Assembly: GCA_965217775.1 (NCBI GenBank)
Contig: CBDCJH010000002.1
Coordinates: 4,832,001 to 4,896,000 of the forward strand
DNA length: 64,000 nt
Direction of reading: 5' to 3'
From: Acidobacteriota bacterium
GTDB taxonomy: Bacteria > Acidobacteriota > UBA6911 > RPQK01 > JAJDTT01
Under the pieces are notes generated by a model that did no database searches, had not been told where the DNA came from, and worked only from the letters and a program-made list of their open reading frames with translations. Below, one piece after another: positions 21,587 to 31,434 of this stretch. Made by a program: the position numbers and the translations under genes. Position 1 is the stretch's first letter. Each line of letters begins with the position of its first letter.

Positions 21587-22150
21587 GTGGCTCGGCTCAA
21601 AGAGAAAATCAAGGAAGAGGTGGTCCCGAAGCTGGTGGAGGAGTTCGGCTATGACAACGTCATGGCGATCCCCAGGCTGGTCAAGGTCGTAGTGAATCTG
21701 GGTTTGGGACAGGCGATCCAGAATATTCGGCTGTTGGACTCGGCGGCGTCCGACCTGACCGCCATCACCGGACAGAAGCCGGTGGTGACCCGCGCCAGGA
21801 AATCCATCGCCGGGTTCAAGCTGCGCCAAGGAATGCCGATCGGAGTGATGGTCACCTTGCGGGGAAACCGGATGCTCGAGTTCCTGGATCGGCTCATCAA
21901 TATCGGCCTGCCCCGAGTCCGCGATTTTCGAGGAGTCGCTCCCAATGCGTTCGACGGACACGGCAACTATACGCTCGGAATCCGGGAGCATTTGATATTT
22001 CCGGAGATCGATCTGGGCCGGACCGAGACGACGCACGGGATGAACGTCACCATTGTGACAACGGCCAGGTCGGATGAAGAGGCACGCGTCCTGCTGGCGG
22101 GGCTGGGCATTCCCTTCGGTCGGGAGGAGGACCGCCAGCTGATTTTTTGA
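21587..22150 (+). CDS. rplE: 50S ribosomal protein L5
   Basis: 'TGQKP', 'LPRVRDFRG', 'FPEI'. Confidence 0.99.
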   Translation: MARLKEKIKEEVVPKLVEEFGYDNVMAIPRLVKVVVNLGLGQAIQNIRLLDSAASDLTAITGQKPVVTRARKSIAGFKLRQGMPIGVMVTLRGNRMLEFLDRLINIGLPRVRDFRGVAPNAFDGHGNYTLGIREHLIFPEIDLGRTETTHGMNVTIVTTARSDEEARVLLAGLGIPFGREEDRQLIF

Positions 22151-22228
22151 CAAGCCCGGGGAGGTCTCGCAGGCGAGACTCTCGACCCTGGTTCGTTGCC
22201 GGCGCGCCGGCAGGGAAGGTGTAGGAGG

Positions 22229-22414
22229 ATGGCCCGAAAGGGATTGATTGCGAAACAGAACAGACCAGCCAAGTTCTCCACGCGGCGCTACAACAGATGT
22301 CGGCGCTGCGGGCGTCCTCGAGGTTTTCTACGCAAGTTCCAGCTCTGCAGGATCTGCTTCCGCCAACTGGCCCTGTTGGGAGAGATTCCCGGAGTGATCA
22401 AGGCCAGTTGGTGA
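22229..22414 (+). CDS. rpsN: 30S ribosomal protein S14 (Zn-binding, 61 aa)
   Basis: '[10 protein letters not shown]...LCRICFR...KASW'; AGGAGG RBS. Confidence 0.98.
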   Translation: MARKGLIAKQNRPAKFSTRRYNRCRRCGRPRGFLRKFQLCRICFRQLALLGEIPGVIKASW

Positions 22415-22469
22415 TGCCGTTCCGGCGGCGTCTGCCGATGGTTGCAGGCGGAGGCGAAAGAAGAGTCTC

Positions 22470-22868
22470 ATGTCAGTCACGTATCCCATAGCCGATCTTC
22501 TGACCCGGATCAGAAACGCCCTCCAGGCCGGGCACGATGCGGTCCGGATTCCCCATTCCAAGCTCAAGGCGGAAGTGGTGAAAATCCTTCATCAGGAAGG
22601 ATACATTTCCGGTTACACGAGCGACGGAGAGCCGCCGTTCGAGCGCCTGACGGTCCGCCTCAAGTACGGCCGTGACAAAACGTCCGTGATCCAGATCCTG
22701 CGCTGTGTCAGCACTCCGGGACGCCGCAGATACGTGGGCAGGAACGAGATCCCGCTGGTGCTGGAGGGTTTGGGCATCAACATTCTGTCCACGTCGCAGG
22801 GAATCGTGACCGGGAAGAAAGCCAGGGAGTTGGGTATCGGCGGAGAGTTGCTTTGTGAGGTGTACTGA
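22470..22868 (+). CDS. rpsH: 30S ribosomal protein S8
   Basis: '[11 protein letters not shown]', 'STSQG', 'GGELL'. Confidence 0.98.
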   Translation: MSVTYPIADLLTRIRNALQAGHDAVRIPHSKLKAEVVKILHQEGYISGYTSDGEPPFERLTVRLKYGRDKTSVIQILRCVSTPGRRRYVGRNEIPLVLEGLGINILSTSQGIVTGKKARELGIGGELLCEVY

Positions 22869-22919
22869 GAAGGCGGGGCCGGCCGCGTACGGGCCGGTTT
22901 ACGTCCGGAGTAAGACGTC

Positions 22920-23480
22920 ATGTCGCGCGTAGGGAAAATGCCCATCCCCATTCCCAGCGGGGTGAAGGTTTCGGTGCTGGGGGGTCAGGTTCGCGTTCAG
23001 GGGCCGCGGGGCTCCATGTCCACCGCGGTGCCGCGAGGAATCACCGCCGCCGTCGAGAACGGCGAGCTTCGGGTCCGGAGGGGAGGAGACGACAAGACCT
23101 CCCGTTCGCTCCACGGATTGGCCCGTTCGCTGTTGGCGAATTCGGTGACGGGCGTCACCCAAGGCTTCCGCAAGGAGCTGGACATCGTCGGCATCGGCTT
23201 TCGTGCGGAGTTGCGGGGCAAGGTCCTGACCCTGTCGCTGGGCTTTTCTCATACCATCGATTTCCCCGTCCCGGAAGGCATCAACATCCGTGTCGAGCGC
23301 GCCGGCCGCCAGATTCAGAACTACGTTACGACGATTCTGATCGAAGGGGTCGACAAGTACCGTGTCGGACAGGTTGCCGCCAATATCCGGGCCTTGAAGC
23401 GGCCGGATGCCTACAAGGGGAAGGGGATTCGGTACAAGAACGAACAGATTCACCTGAAGGTGGGCAAGAAGGGAGCCTGA
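22920..23480 (+). CDS. rplF: 50S ribosomal protein L6
   Basis: 'MSRVGK', '[11 protein letters not shown]'. Confidence 0.99.
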   Translation: MSRVGKMPIPIPSGVKVSVLGGQVRVQGPRGSMSTAVPRGITAAVENGELRVRRGGDDKTSRSLHGLARSLLANSVTGVTQGFRKELDIVGIGFRAELRGKVLTLSLGFSHTIDFPVPEGINIRVERAGRQIQNYVTTILIEGVDKYRVGQVAANIRALKRPDAYKGKGIRYKNEQIHLKVGKKGA

Positions 23481-23485
23481 GGGGA

Positions 23486-23851
23486 ATGGCGAAGAAGGCG
23501 AGTCGGACCTATCGAAGGACCAGGATCCACCGACGGATCCGGAAGCTGCTGTCGGGAACGGCCGAGCGTCCCCGTCTTTGTGTCTTTCGCAGCCTGAAAC
23601 ACACGTATGTCCAGATTATCGACGACCAACATGGGCGAAGCCTGGCGACTGCTTCGACCTTGAAGGTGAACGGCGAGAAACTGGCCAACGGAGGCAATAT
23701 CGAAGCCGCTCGCCGGGTCGGGACCAGCATAGCCCAACAAGCTCTCGCCTCCGGGATTCGCGAAGTGGTCTTCGACCGCGGCGGGTACAAGTATTTTGGC
23801 CGGGTCAAGGCTCTGGCGGACGCCGCCCGGGAGGTGGGGCTCAAGTTCTAG
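23486..23851 (+). CDS. rplR: 50S ribosomal protein L18
   Basis: 'RPRLCVFRS', 'VVFDRGG'. Confidence 0.98.
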   Translation: MAKKASRTYRRTRIHRRIRKLLSGTAERPRLCVFRSLKHTYVQIIDDQHGRSLATASTLKVNGEKLANGGNIEAARRVGTSIAQQALASGIREVVFDRGGYKYFGRVKALADAAREVGLKF

Positions 23852-23864
23852 ACACGGAGTGCTC

Positions 23865-24356
23865 ATGGCGCAAAAGGACTACAACGAAGAACTGAAGGAT
23901 CAGGTCATCTCCATCAATCGGGTCACCAAGGTGGTGAAGGGAGGAAAGAATCTCAGTTTCAGCGCTCTGGTGGTCGTTGGCGACCAGAATGGAAAGGTCG
24001 GTTGGGGCATGGGCAAAGCGCGCGAGGTCCCGTCGGCCATCCGGAAAGGATTGGAGAAGGCCAAGAAATCCATGATCGGTGTTCCGCTGAAGGGGTCGAC
24101 GATCCACCATGGCATCAAGGGGCGTTTCGGCGCGGGATTGGTCATTCTCAAGCCGGCCCCCGAAGGGACCGGCATCATTGCCGGTGGTCCGGTTCGAGCG
24201 GTGATGGAATCGGTCGGGATCCGAGACGTGGTGACGAAGAGCGTGGGAACCACCAATCCTCACAACGTAGTCAAGGCGACCTTCAATGGGTTGTCCCAGT
24301 TGCGCAGTCCCGAAGCCGTAGCCCTGAGCCGAGGTATTCCGGTGGAGGACCTCTAG
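23865..24356 (+). CDS. rpsE: 30S ribosomal protein S5
   Basis: 'RVTKVVKGG', 'GTGIIAGG'. Confidence 0.99.
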   Translation: MAQKDYNEELKDQVISINRVTKVVKGGKNLSFSALVVVGDQNGKVGWGMGKAREVPSAIRKGLEKAKKSMIGVPLKGSTIHHGIKGRFGAGLVILKPAPEGTGIIAGGPVRAVMESVGIRDVVTKSVGTTNPHNVVKATFNGLSQLRSPEAVALSRGIPVEDL

Positions 24357-24578
24357 GTGACTGAAGAGCGGGAGCCGAAGGGCCGCCGGACGGGGACCAT
24401 CCGAATCCGCTACGTTCGCAGCGCCATCGGGCGATCGAAGCGTCAGAAACTGGTGGTTCGGGGATTGGGGCTGAGGAAGTTGAATCAGGTGGTGGAAAGG
24501 CCGGATACCCGGGAGATCCGGGGCATGGTGGCCAAGATTCCCCATCTGGTGCAGATCGTCGAGGGAAACGAGCGATGA
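24357..24578 (+). CDS. rpmD: 50S ribosomal protein L30
   Basis: 'RSAIG', 'LGLRKLNQ', 'IRGM'. Confidence 0.96.
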   Translation: MTEEREPKGRRTGTIRIRYVRSAIGRSKRQKLVVRGLGLRKLNQVVERPDTREIRGMVAKIPHLVQIVEGNER

Positions 24579-25024
24579 GTCATGCTCTCCACACGTTGAA
24601 GCCGGCTCCAGGCACGCGTCACACCCGCAAGCGGGTCGGCCGGGGACCCGGCTCCGGAACCGGCAAGACCGCCGGTCGGGGCGTCAAGGGTCAGAAATCC
24701 CGATCCGGATACTCGTCCCGAGCCGGCTTTGAAGGCGGCCAGATGCCCCTTTATCGAAGGCTTCCCAAGCGGGGTTTCAAGAACCCCTTCCGCAAACAGT
24801 TCGCGGTGATCAACGTTCGGGACCTGAATCGTTTCGAGGACGGAACCACCGTCGGCCCCGAGTTGCTCATGAAGCGGGGAATGGTCAAGAAGTTGGGTGA
24901 CGGCCTGCGGATCCTGGGCGATGGAGAGCTTGAGCGCAAGTTGATGGTTCGGGCTCACCATCTCAGCCGGCAGGCCCGAGAGAAGATCGAACAGGCAGGC
25001 GGCAGTGTCGAGGTCTTGAGCTGA
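24575..25024 (+). CDS. rplO: 50S ribosomal protein L15
   Basis: 'RVGRGPGSG', 'FEGGQMPL'. Confidence 0.99.
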   Translation: MSHALHTLKPAPGTRHTRKRVGRGPGSGTGKTAGRGVKGQKSRSGYSSRAGFEGGQMPLYRRLPKRGFKNPFRKQFAVINVRDLNRFEDGTTVGPELLMKRGMVKKLGDGLRILGDGELERKLMVRAHHLSRQAREKIEQAGGSVEVLS

Positions 25025-26430
25025 TGGCCGATTTCAGTCCGGTTCTGGGCAGTTTCCGGAACATTTTCCATATTCCCGATCTGCGGAAGCGGGTCCTCTT
25101 CATGCTGGGGCTCCTGGCCGCGTACCGGGTGGGGAGCTGGATCCCGACTCCGGGAGTGGACAGCGGCGCCCTGGAACTGGTCTTCAACCAGCAGGCCGGG
25201 ACCGTCTTGGGCTTCCTGGACATGTTCTCGGGGGGCAACCTGAGCCGGTTCTCCATCTTTGCCTTGGGAATCACTCCCTACATCACCGCGTCCATCATCC
25301 TGCAGTTGCTGACGGTGGTCTGGCCCTTCCTGGAGCGGCTCTCCAAGGAAGGTGAGCTGGGCCGGAAAAAGATCAATCAATACACCCGATACCTGACCGT
25401 GGGCCTCTGCCTGTTTCAGAGCTTGGCCTCCGCCTCGGTCCTGGAGCGGATGGAGGCGGTCCCGGCGGTGGTGCCGTACCCGGGTTGGGGCTTTCGACTC
25501 ATGACGATGCTCACCCTCACCAGCGGGACGACGCTGGTGATGTGGCTCGGCGAGCAGATCTCCGAGCGCGGCATCGGCAACGGGATCTCCCTGATCATCT
25601 TCGCCGGCATCGTGGTCGGCCTGCCGTCCGCGGGCTATTCCCTGTATCAGGACTGGATGCTGGGAACCCGGTCCATAGTCACGATCATCCTCCTCCTGGG
25701 GATGATGGTCCTGGTGGTGATCGGAATCGTGATCGTGGAACGAGGACAGCGCCGGATTCCCATCCAATACGCCAAGCGGGTGGTGGGCCGGAGGATGTAC
25801 GGCGGGCAAGCCACACACCTGCCCCTGCGGGTGAACTCGGGCGGAGTCATCCCGGTGATCTTCGCCGCCTCCATTCTCGCCTTTCCCTCCACCATGGGCC
25901 TGGTCTTCGAGGCCGGGTGGGTCCAGAGCCTTTCCCAGCAACTGCAGCAAGGCTACCCGCTCTACAACCTCATCTACATCGCCGGGATCATGTTCTTCTG
26001 CTTCTTCTACGTGAGCATCATCTTCAACCCGGACGAGGTCGCCGACAATATCCGAAAATACGGCGGCTATATTCCGGGGATTCGGCCCGGCCGGCGAACC
26101 GCACAGTACATCGATCAGACCTTGAGCCGTTTGACGGCCGCCGGCGCCGTCTATCTGGTCCTGGTCTGTTTGCTTCCCGAATTTCTGATGACCGGATTCA
26201 AGGTCCAGCCGATACCCTGGGTGGGCCCGGTTCTGGACAATTTCCTGATCGCCAACAATCTGGATTTCTTCACCAACGGCCTGGGGGTGACCTTCTATTT
26301 CGGAGGGACGTCCCTCCTCATCGTGGTGGGCGTGGGAATGGACACGGTCAAGCAGATCGAGTCACAACTGATCATGAGGCACTACGAAGGCTTCCTCAAA
26401 AAGGGCCGGATCCGGGGAAGAAGGGGTTGA
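25024..26430 (+). CDS. secY: Preprotein translocase subunit SecY
   Basis: 'SIFALGITPYITASII', 'GIGNGISL', 'GGTSLLIVV'. Confidence 0.99.
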   Translation: MADFSPVLGSFRNIFHIPDLRKRVLFMLGLLAAYRVGSWIPTPGVDSGALELVFNQQAGTVLGFLDMFSGGNLSRFSIFALGITPYITASIILQLLTVVWPFLERLSKEGELGRKKINQYTRYLTVGLCLFQSLASASVLERMEAVPAVVPYPGWGFRLMTMLTLTSGTTLVMWLGEQISERGIGNGISLIIFAGIVVGLPSAGYSLYQDWMLGTRSIVTIILLLGMMVLVVIGIVIVERGQRRIPIQYAKRVVGRRMYGGQATHLPLRVNSGGVIPVIFAASILAFPSTMGLVFEAGWVQSLSQQLQQGYPLYNLIYIAGIMFFCFFYVSIIFNPDEVADNIRKYGGYIPGIRPGRRTAQYIDQTLSRLTAAGAVYLVLVCLLPEFLMTGFKVQPIPWVGPVLDNFLIANNLDFFTNGLGVTFYFGGTSLLIVVGVGMDTVKQIESQLIMRHYEGFLKKGRIRGRRG

Positions 26431-26431
26431 A

Positions 26432-26591
26432 CAGCCCATGGCAAAAGTCATCACGGCATTCGACCGGGTCTGCATCCCGGCGGACTGCGTTGCGCCTCGG
26501 TCACATAGGGTCGAATATGCTCCCTCACCGCGCCTTGTCCGGCGGGCGCAGCCCCGGTCTCGGTGCTACGCGGGACTTTCACCATGGGCTG
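26432..26591. mobile_element. MITE-like palindromic element, copy A (160 bp)
   Basis: Terminal inverted repeats CAGCCCATGGCAAAAGTC...GACTTTCACCATGGGCTG; homologous to 55035..55192 and 57634..57730. Confidence 0.85.
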
Positions 26592-26619
26592 TAAAGTTCA
26601 ATCTGGAGATCCAATCCTG

Positions 26620-27279
26620 ATGCCCGAGAAATTGGTGACTATTCTGCTCGGCCCGCCCGGAGCCGGGAAAGGGACACAGGCCAAGCGCCTCGCGGGGCGG
26701 TTCGGCTACCTGCATGTCTCCACCGGGGAAATCCTGCGAGAGGAAGTGCGGGCCGGGACCGATCTGGGCAATCGCGTCGAAGTCATCATGAACGCGGGAG
26801 AGTTGGTCCCGGATGAGTTGGTGGCGCAGATCGTGGGAAGGAAGCTGGCGCGAGACACGGGTAAAGGAACTCTGTTGGATGGATTTCCGCGCAACCTCGC
26901 TCAGGCCACCTACCTGAGTCGAATCAGCAACGGTCTTCCGCCATTGGTGATCAATTTGAAACTGAAGGACGCGGAGGTTGTCAGACGCCTCAACGGGCGC
27001 CGTCAGTGTGCCGGCTGTGGTAATATCTACAACCTTCATTATTCCGAGCCCCGGAAGGAGGGCGTCTGTGATTCGTGCGGCGGGGAATTGGTGCTCCGTC
27101 CCGACGACCGCGAATCTGTGATTCGGGAGAGACTGCGAGTCTACTGGGACCAGACTCAGCCTCTGGTCGATTACTACAAGACAAAGGGCCGCTACGGAGA
27201 GGTGGAGGCTTCCGGAGGAATCCGGGAGGTCTTCGACTCCGTCGTTCAGACCATGTCACAAAGTGACGTTCGGTCTTGA
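26620..27279 (+). CDS. adk: Adenylate kinase (Zn-lid type)
   Basis: 'GPPGAGKGTQ', 'LLDGFPR', lid CxxC...CxxC. Confidence 0.98.
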   Translation: MPEKLVTILLGPPGAGKGTQAKRLAGRFGYLHVSTGEILREEVRAGTDLGNRVEVIMNAGELVPDELVAQIVGRKLARDTGKGTLLDGFPRNLAQATYLSRISNGLPPLVINLKLKDAEVVRRLNGRRQCAGCGNIYNLHYSEPRKEGVCDSCGGELVLRPDDRESVIRERLRVYWDQTQPLVDYYKTKGRYGEVEASGGIREVFDSVVQTMSQSDVRS

Positions 27280-27310
27280 GGTTCCGTATCGCATCAGGGA
27301 TTTGACTGGG

Positions 27311-28117
27311 ATGATCGTCTGCAAAGGCACGACAGAACTGGAGAGGATGCGCGAGGCCAACCGCCTGGTGTCCAAAACGCTGGATCAGCTGGGGACCATG
27401 GTCCGGCCGGGAGTGACCACGCAGCAACTCGACGCCGCTGCCGAGGACCTGATTCTCCGGAGCGGGGCCAAACCTGCCTTCAAGGGCTACCGGGGATTCC
27501 CCGCCAGCGTCTGCGCCTCCGTCAACAATCAGATCGTACACGGGATTCCCAATGACCAGCCTCTCAGGGAGGGAGAGATCCTGTCCCTGGACGTGGGGGT
27601 CTACTACAAGGGATTCTACGGTGATTCCGCATGGACCTTCTGTGTGGGAGAGATTTCTCCCGAACTGAGGAAGCTGTTGGACGTGACTCGCGAGTCCCTC
27701 TACCAAGGAATCGAGCAGGTGGTGGTGGGAAACCGCATCTCCGACATCTCCCACGGCATACAGAAGTATGTGGAAGCCTACGGGTTTTCGGTGGTGCGAG
27801 AATTCGTGGGCCATGGGATCGGCCGGTTCCTGCACGAGGAACCGCAAGTCCCCAACTATGGTGAGCCTGGAAAGGGCCCCCGGTTGAAGCCGGGCATGGT
27901 CTTGGCCATCGAGCCCATGGTCAACAGCCGGGGACCCGGCGTCAAAGTGTTGGAAGACCGGTGGACGGCGGTGACGGCGGACGGGGGTTACAGCGCCCAT
28001 TTCGAGCATTCAGTCGCCGTGACCGAAACCGGCCCCTGGATCCTCAGCAACTCCAGCGGCAGGACCCGCCACCGGACATCCGGTCCGGATTCGGCGATTG
28101 CAGGGGGTGAAGAATGA
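27311..28117 (+). CDS. map: Methionine aminopeptidase type I
   Basis: 'HGIP', 'GHGIG..LHEEP', 'AIEPM', 'SAHFEH'. Confidence 0.98.
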   Translation: MIVCKGTTELERMREANRLVSKTLDQLGTMVRPGVTTQQLDAAAEDLILRSGAKPAFKGYRGFPASVCASVNNQIVHGIPNDQPLREGEILSLDVGVYYKGFYGDSAWTFCVGEISPELRKLLDVTRESLYQGIEQVVVGNRISDISHGIQKYVEAYGFSVVREFVGHGIGRFLHEEPQVPNYGEPGKGPRLKPGMVLAIEPMVNSRGPGVKVLEDRWTAVTADGGYSAHFEHSVAVTETGPWILSNSSGRTRHRTSGPDSAIAGGEE

Positions 28118-28227
28118 AGGTTCGAGCTTCGGTCAAGCGAATCTGCAGGCAATGCAGGATCGTCCGCCGCAAGGGTGTGGTCCGAGTCATCTGCAGCAAC
28201 CCGAAACACAAGCAGCGTCAGGGGTAA
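28114..28227 (+). CDS. rpmJ: 50S ribosomal protein L36 (absent from the ORF track)
   Basis: Manual translation [37 protein letters not shown]. Confidence 0.98.
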   Translation: MKVRASVKRICRQCRIVRRKGVVRVICSNPKHKQRQG

Positions 28228-28260
28228 TCGTCACCGGAGACGCCGGAGAGAATCAGCGCA

Positions 28261-28635
28261 ATGCGACTAATTGGAGTAAACATACCGGACCGGAAACGGG
28301 TTCTGATCTCTCTGACCTACATCTACGGGATCGGAAGGGCTCGGTCCCAGAAGATCCTGGATGCAGCGAGAGTGGATGTGAACAAACAGACCGGGGACCT
28401 CACCGAAGAGGAGGCCACCAAGCTCCGGCGCGTCATCGAAGACCAGGGGCGGATCGAAGGTGATCTGCGTAAGGAACTCCAGATCAACATCAAGCGTCTC
28501 ATGGATATCGGCTGCTATCGGGGACTTCGGCATCGCCGCGGACTCCCCACCCGAGGCCAGAGAACCCATACCAATGCCAGGACCCGCAAGGGCCCGCGAA
28601 AGATTCGCATCATGCGGAGAAAGAGGGGGCGTTAG
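28261..28635 (+). CDS. rpsM: 30S ribosomal protein S13
   Basis: 'LTYIYGIG', '[14 protein letters not shown]'. Confidence 0.99.
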   Translation: MRLIGVNIPDRKRVLISLTYIYGIGRARSQKILDAARVDVNKQTGDLTEEEATKLRRVIEDQGRIEGDLRKELQINIKRLMDIGCYRGLRHRRGLPTRGQRTHTNARTRKGPRKIRIMRRKRGR

Positions 28636-28786
28636 CGGCTCGGCGGGCGGCGAGCACCGGGGTAAGGCGGCGATCTGCGCGGCACGCTCTCGGAGGCCGC
28701 GTCTGCGCACGGGAGTCGCAAGCATTTCGAAAAGGAGTCGGCGAAGGGCGTTCTCGACCCAGGGGACCGATTAGAGGAGCAGTCAA

Positions 28787-29194
28787 ATGGCCAAGGGCAG
28801 AAAGACGAAAAGAAGGAAGGGATCCAAGAAGAAGGATCGGAGAGCGATTCTCCATGGCATCGTCCACGTGAAGGCGACGTTCAACAATACGATCATCACC
28901 ATCACCGACCAGGCCGGGAATGTTCTATCGACCGCCACTGCCGGAATGCAGGGCTTCAGGGGGAGCCGCAAGAGCACTCCCTTCGCAGCCTCTCAGGCCG
29001 GGCATACGGCGGCCAATCGGGCCCGTGACCTGTACGGGATTCGCACCTGCGAGGTCTGGGTCAAGGGACCCGGCGGCGGCCGCGAGGCGGCCGTGCGCGC
29101 CATTCAGTCGTCTGGAATCGATATCAAATCAATCCGGGACGTGACGCCTATTCCCCACAACGGTTGTCGTCCGCCCAAGCGGCGCCGGGTTTAG
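28787..29194 (+). CDS. rpsK: 30S ribosomal protein S11
   Basis: 'TFNNT', 'KSTPFAA', '[18 protein letters not shown]'. Confidence 0.99.
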   Translation: MAKGRKTKRRKGSKKKDRRAILHGIVHVKATFNNTIITITDQAGNVLSTATAGMQGFRGSRKSTPFAASQAGHTAANRARDLYGIRTCEVWVKGPGGGREAAVRAIQSSGIDIKSIRDVTPIPHNGCRPPKRRRV

Positions 29195-29245
29195 ACCGGG
29201 AGTACTGCATGTCATCGGCTGGTCAGTTCGGGAAGGAGAAAGAGC

Positions 29246-29881
29246 TTGGCACGCTATAACGGTCCTGTCTGCCGTCTCTGCAGACGCGAGGGGATGAAGC
29301 TGTTCCTCAAGGGGAATCGCTGCTTTTCGGAGAAGTGCGCCATCGAGAAACGGAACATCGTTCCGGGCGAGCATGGGCGCGACAGGCGGGGCCGGCTCAG
29401 GATCATGGGTTACGGCCAGCAACTCCGTGAGAAACAGAAGGTCAAGCGAGTCTACGGCGTCCTGGAGCGCCAGTTCCGCAGCTATTTCGCCAAAGCCGCC
29501 AAAAAGAGGGGCGTCACCGGCGAACTCCTGTTGCAGTTTCTGGAACGGAGACTCGACAGCGTCGTCTATCGGCTCGGTTTCGCCACCTCCAGGAGCCAGG
29601 CTCGGCAGTTGGTCCGCCACGGTCATATCCGTGTGAACGGACGACGGGTCGACATCCCTTCCTTCCTGGTCAAGGCGGGGGATGAAGTCTCGTTGCATCA
29701 GAAGATCTGGAACAATCTGCTGGTTCGCGCCGCCTTGGATGCCGCCGCCGGCCGTGGGGTTCCTGCTTGGCTGAGTCTGGAAACAAATCAATTCAAGGGC
29801 CAGGTGTTGGAGTTGCCGACCCGGGAGCATATCTCGTTGGCTATCGAGGAGTCCCTGGTGGTGGAACTCTATTCCAAATAG
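29246..29881 (+). CDS. rpsD: 30S ribosomal protein S4 (TTG start)
   Basis: 'CRLCRREG', 'QLREKQK', 'LERRLD'. Confidence 0.99.
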   Translation: MARYNGPVCRLCRREGMKLFLKGNRCFSEKCAIEKRNIVPGEHGRDRRGRLRIMGYGQQLREKQKVKRVYGVLERQFRSYFAKAAKKRGVTGELLLQFLERRLDSVVYRLGFATSRSQARQLVRHGHIRVNGRRVDIPSFLVKAGDEVSLHQKIWNNLLVRAALDAAAGRGVPAWLSLETNQFKGQVLELPTREHISLAIEESLVVELYSK

Positions 29882-30040
29882 CCGCCGGCTGAGCGCGGGC
29901 TCGCCGTGCAGGTCCCCCGTGATTTCATCGGGGGTCTGTCGGCACACTGCGGGGATGAGCCATGCCCCCACCAGGGCCGTTGATGCGGGCCGGAGCTTCA
30001 TTGAGGCGGCTGTTCAAAGAATCGTCGGAGACATAGACCC

Positions 30041-31024
30041 ATGGGAGAGTTTCAAAAACCAACCAAGCTCTTTTATGACCCGGACACCTTGACCCCGACT
30101 TCAGGCGACTTCCATGCTCAGCCTTTCGAGCGCGGTTTCGCCACGACGATCGGGCATTCACTGCGAAGGGTCCTGCTTTCCGCCATCGAGGGAGCGGCCC
30201 TCACGGCGGTCAAGATCGAGGGAGTCCTGCACGAGTTCTCGTCGATCCCGGGCGTCCGGGAAGACGTGACCGACATCATCATGAACCTGAGGCAGATCCC
30301 CTTGATTCTGCACTCCAGTGAGGCCAAGACCCTGTACTTCGAGGCCTCCGGAGAAGGGGAGATCAAGTCCGGAGACTTCAAGCCGGACCCGGATGTGGAG
30401 GTGTTGGACACGAACGTCCACATCGCCAGTCTGAACCAGGAAGCCAGGATCACCATGGAGGTGCGCGTCAAGAACGGCCGGGGCTATGTGCCGGCCAACG
30501 AGAACCACGACGAGGACCTGAGTCTGGGTTACATCGCCATGGACTCGGTCCATTCGCCGGTTCGGAGGGCCAACTTTCATGTGGAGGCCGCCCGCCTGGG
30601 ACAGTCGACCGAATACGAGCGTCTCAACCTGGAGGTGGTGACCAACGGCAGTGTCGCTCCGCAGGATGCCGTGGCCCAAGCGGCACAGATCCTCAAGGAC
30701 CACCTGCTCATGTTCATCAACTTCGAAGAGGACTCGGAAGAGGACGTGGTCGAGGAAGACGAGGACCAGGCCGTCAACGAGAACCTGATCAAACCGGTCG
30801 AGGAGTTGGAATTGTCGGTTCGGGCCTACAACTGCCTCAAGAACGCCGGTGTAGAAACCATCGGCGAGCTGGTGGTCAAGAGCGAAACCGAAATGCTCAA
30901 GACCAAGAACTTCGGACGGAAGTCCTTGAGCGAGATCAAGGAGCTGCTGGCCGAGATGGGCCTGGCGTTCGGCATGAATATCGACAGCAAGGGCCGGCTG
31001 GCCCGCGAGACCACGGAGGTCTGA
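30041..31024 (+). CDS. rpoA: RNA polymerase subunit alpha
   Basis: 'PFERGF', '[10 protein letters not shown]', '[10 protein letters not shown]', 'NFGRKSL'. Confidence 0.99.
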   Translation: MGEFQKPTKLFYDPDTLTPTSGDFHAQPFERGFATTIGHSLRRVLLSAIEGAALTAVKIEGVLHEFSSIPGVREDVTDIIMNLRQIPLILHSSEAKTLYFEASGEGEIKSGDFKPDPDVEVLDTNVHIASLNQEARITMEVRVKNGRGYVPANENHDEDLSLGYIAMDSVHSPVRRANFHVEAARLGQSTEYERLNLEVVTNGSVAPQDAVAQAAQILKDHLLMFINFEEDSEEDVVEEDEDQAVNENLIKPVEELELSVRAYNCLKNAGVETIGELVVKSETEMLKTKNFGRKSLSEIKELLAEMGLAFGMNIDSKGRLARETTEV

Positions 31025-31029
31025 CGGTC

Positions 31030-31434
31030 ATGAGACACCGTCGAAAGGGAAAAAAGCTGGGGCGGACGGCGAGTCACCGGAAAGCGATGATGCGCAATCT
31101 GGTGACCGAGTTCCTGGACAAGGAACGGATCATCACCACCATCTCCAAAGCCAAGGCGTTGCGTCCGGTGGCCGAGAAGATGATCACATTGGGCAAGCGG
31201 GAGAACTTGCATTCCAGGCGGCGAGCTCTGAGCTTCATCCGGCGCAAGTCGGTGGTGTACAAACTCTTCGACGACATTGCCCCCCGTTTCTCCGAGCGCA
31301 ACGGCGGTTACACTCGCATTCTCCGCCTCGGGTTTCGCCAGGGAGATCAGGCGGAGATGGCTCTTTTGGAGTTGGTGGGGAGTGAGTTTGAACCGGTGGT
31401 GCCCGACAAGAAATCGAAGAAAGCGGCCCGATAG
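31030..31434 (+). CDS. rplQ: 50S ribosomal protein L17
   Basis: 'MRHR', 'RNGGYTRI'. Confidence 0.99.
   Translation: MRHRRKGKKLGRTASHRKAMMRNLVTEFLDKERIITTISKAKALRPVAEKMITLGKRENLHSRRRALSFIRRKSVVYKLFDDIAPRFSERNGGYTRILRLGFRQGDQAEMALLELVGSEFEPVVPDKKSKKAAR

Noticed and set aside
21233-29881. Zn-ribbon motifs in L24, S14, L36, S4 and Adk
   Set aside because: Ordinary C+ forms for a core ribosomal cluster.
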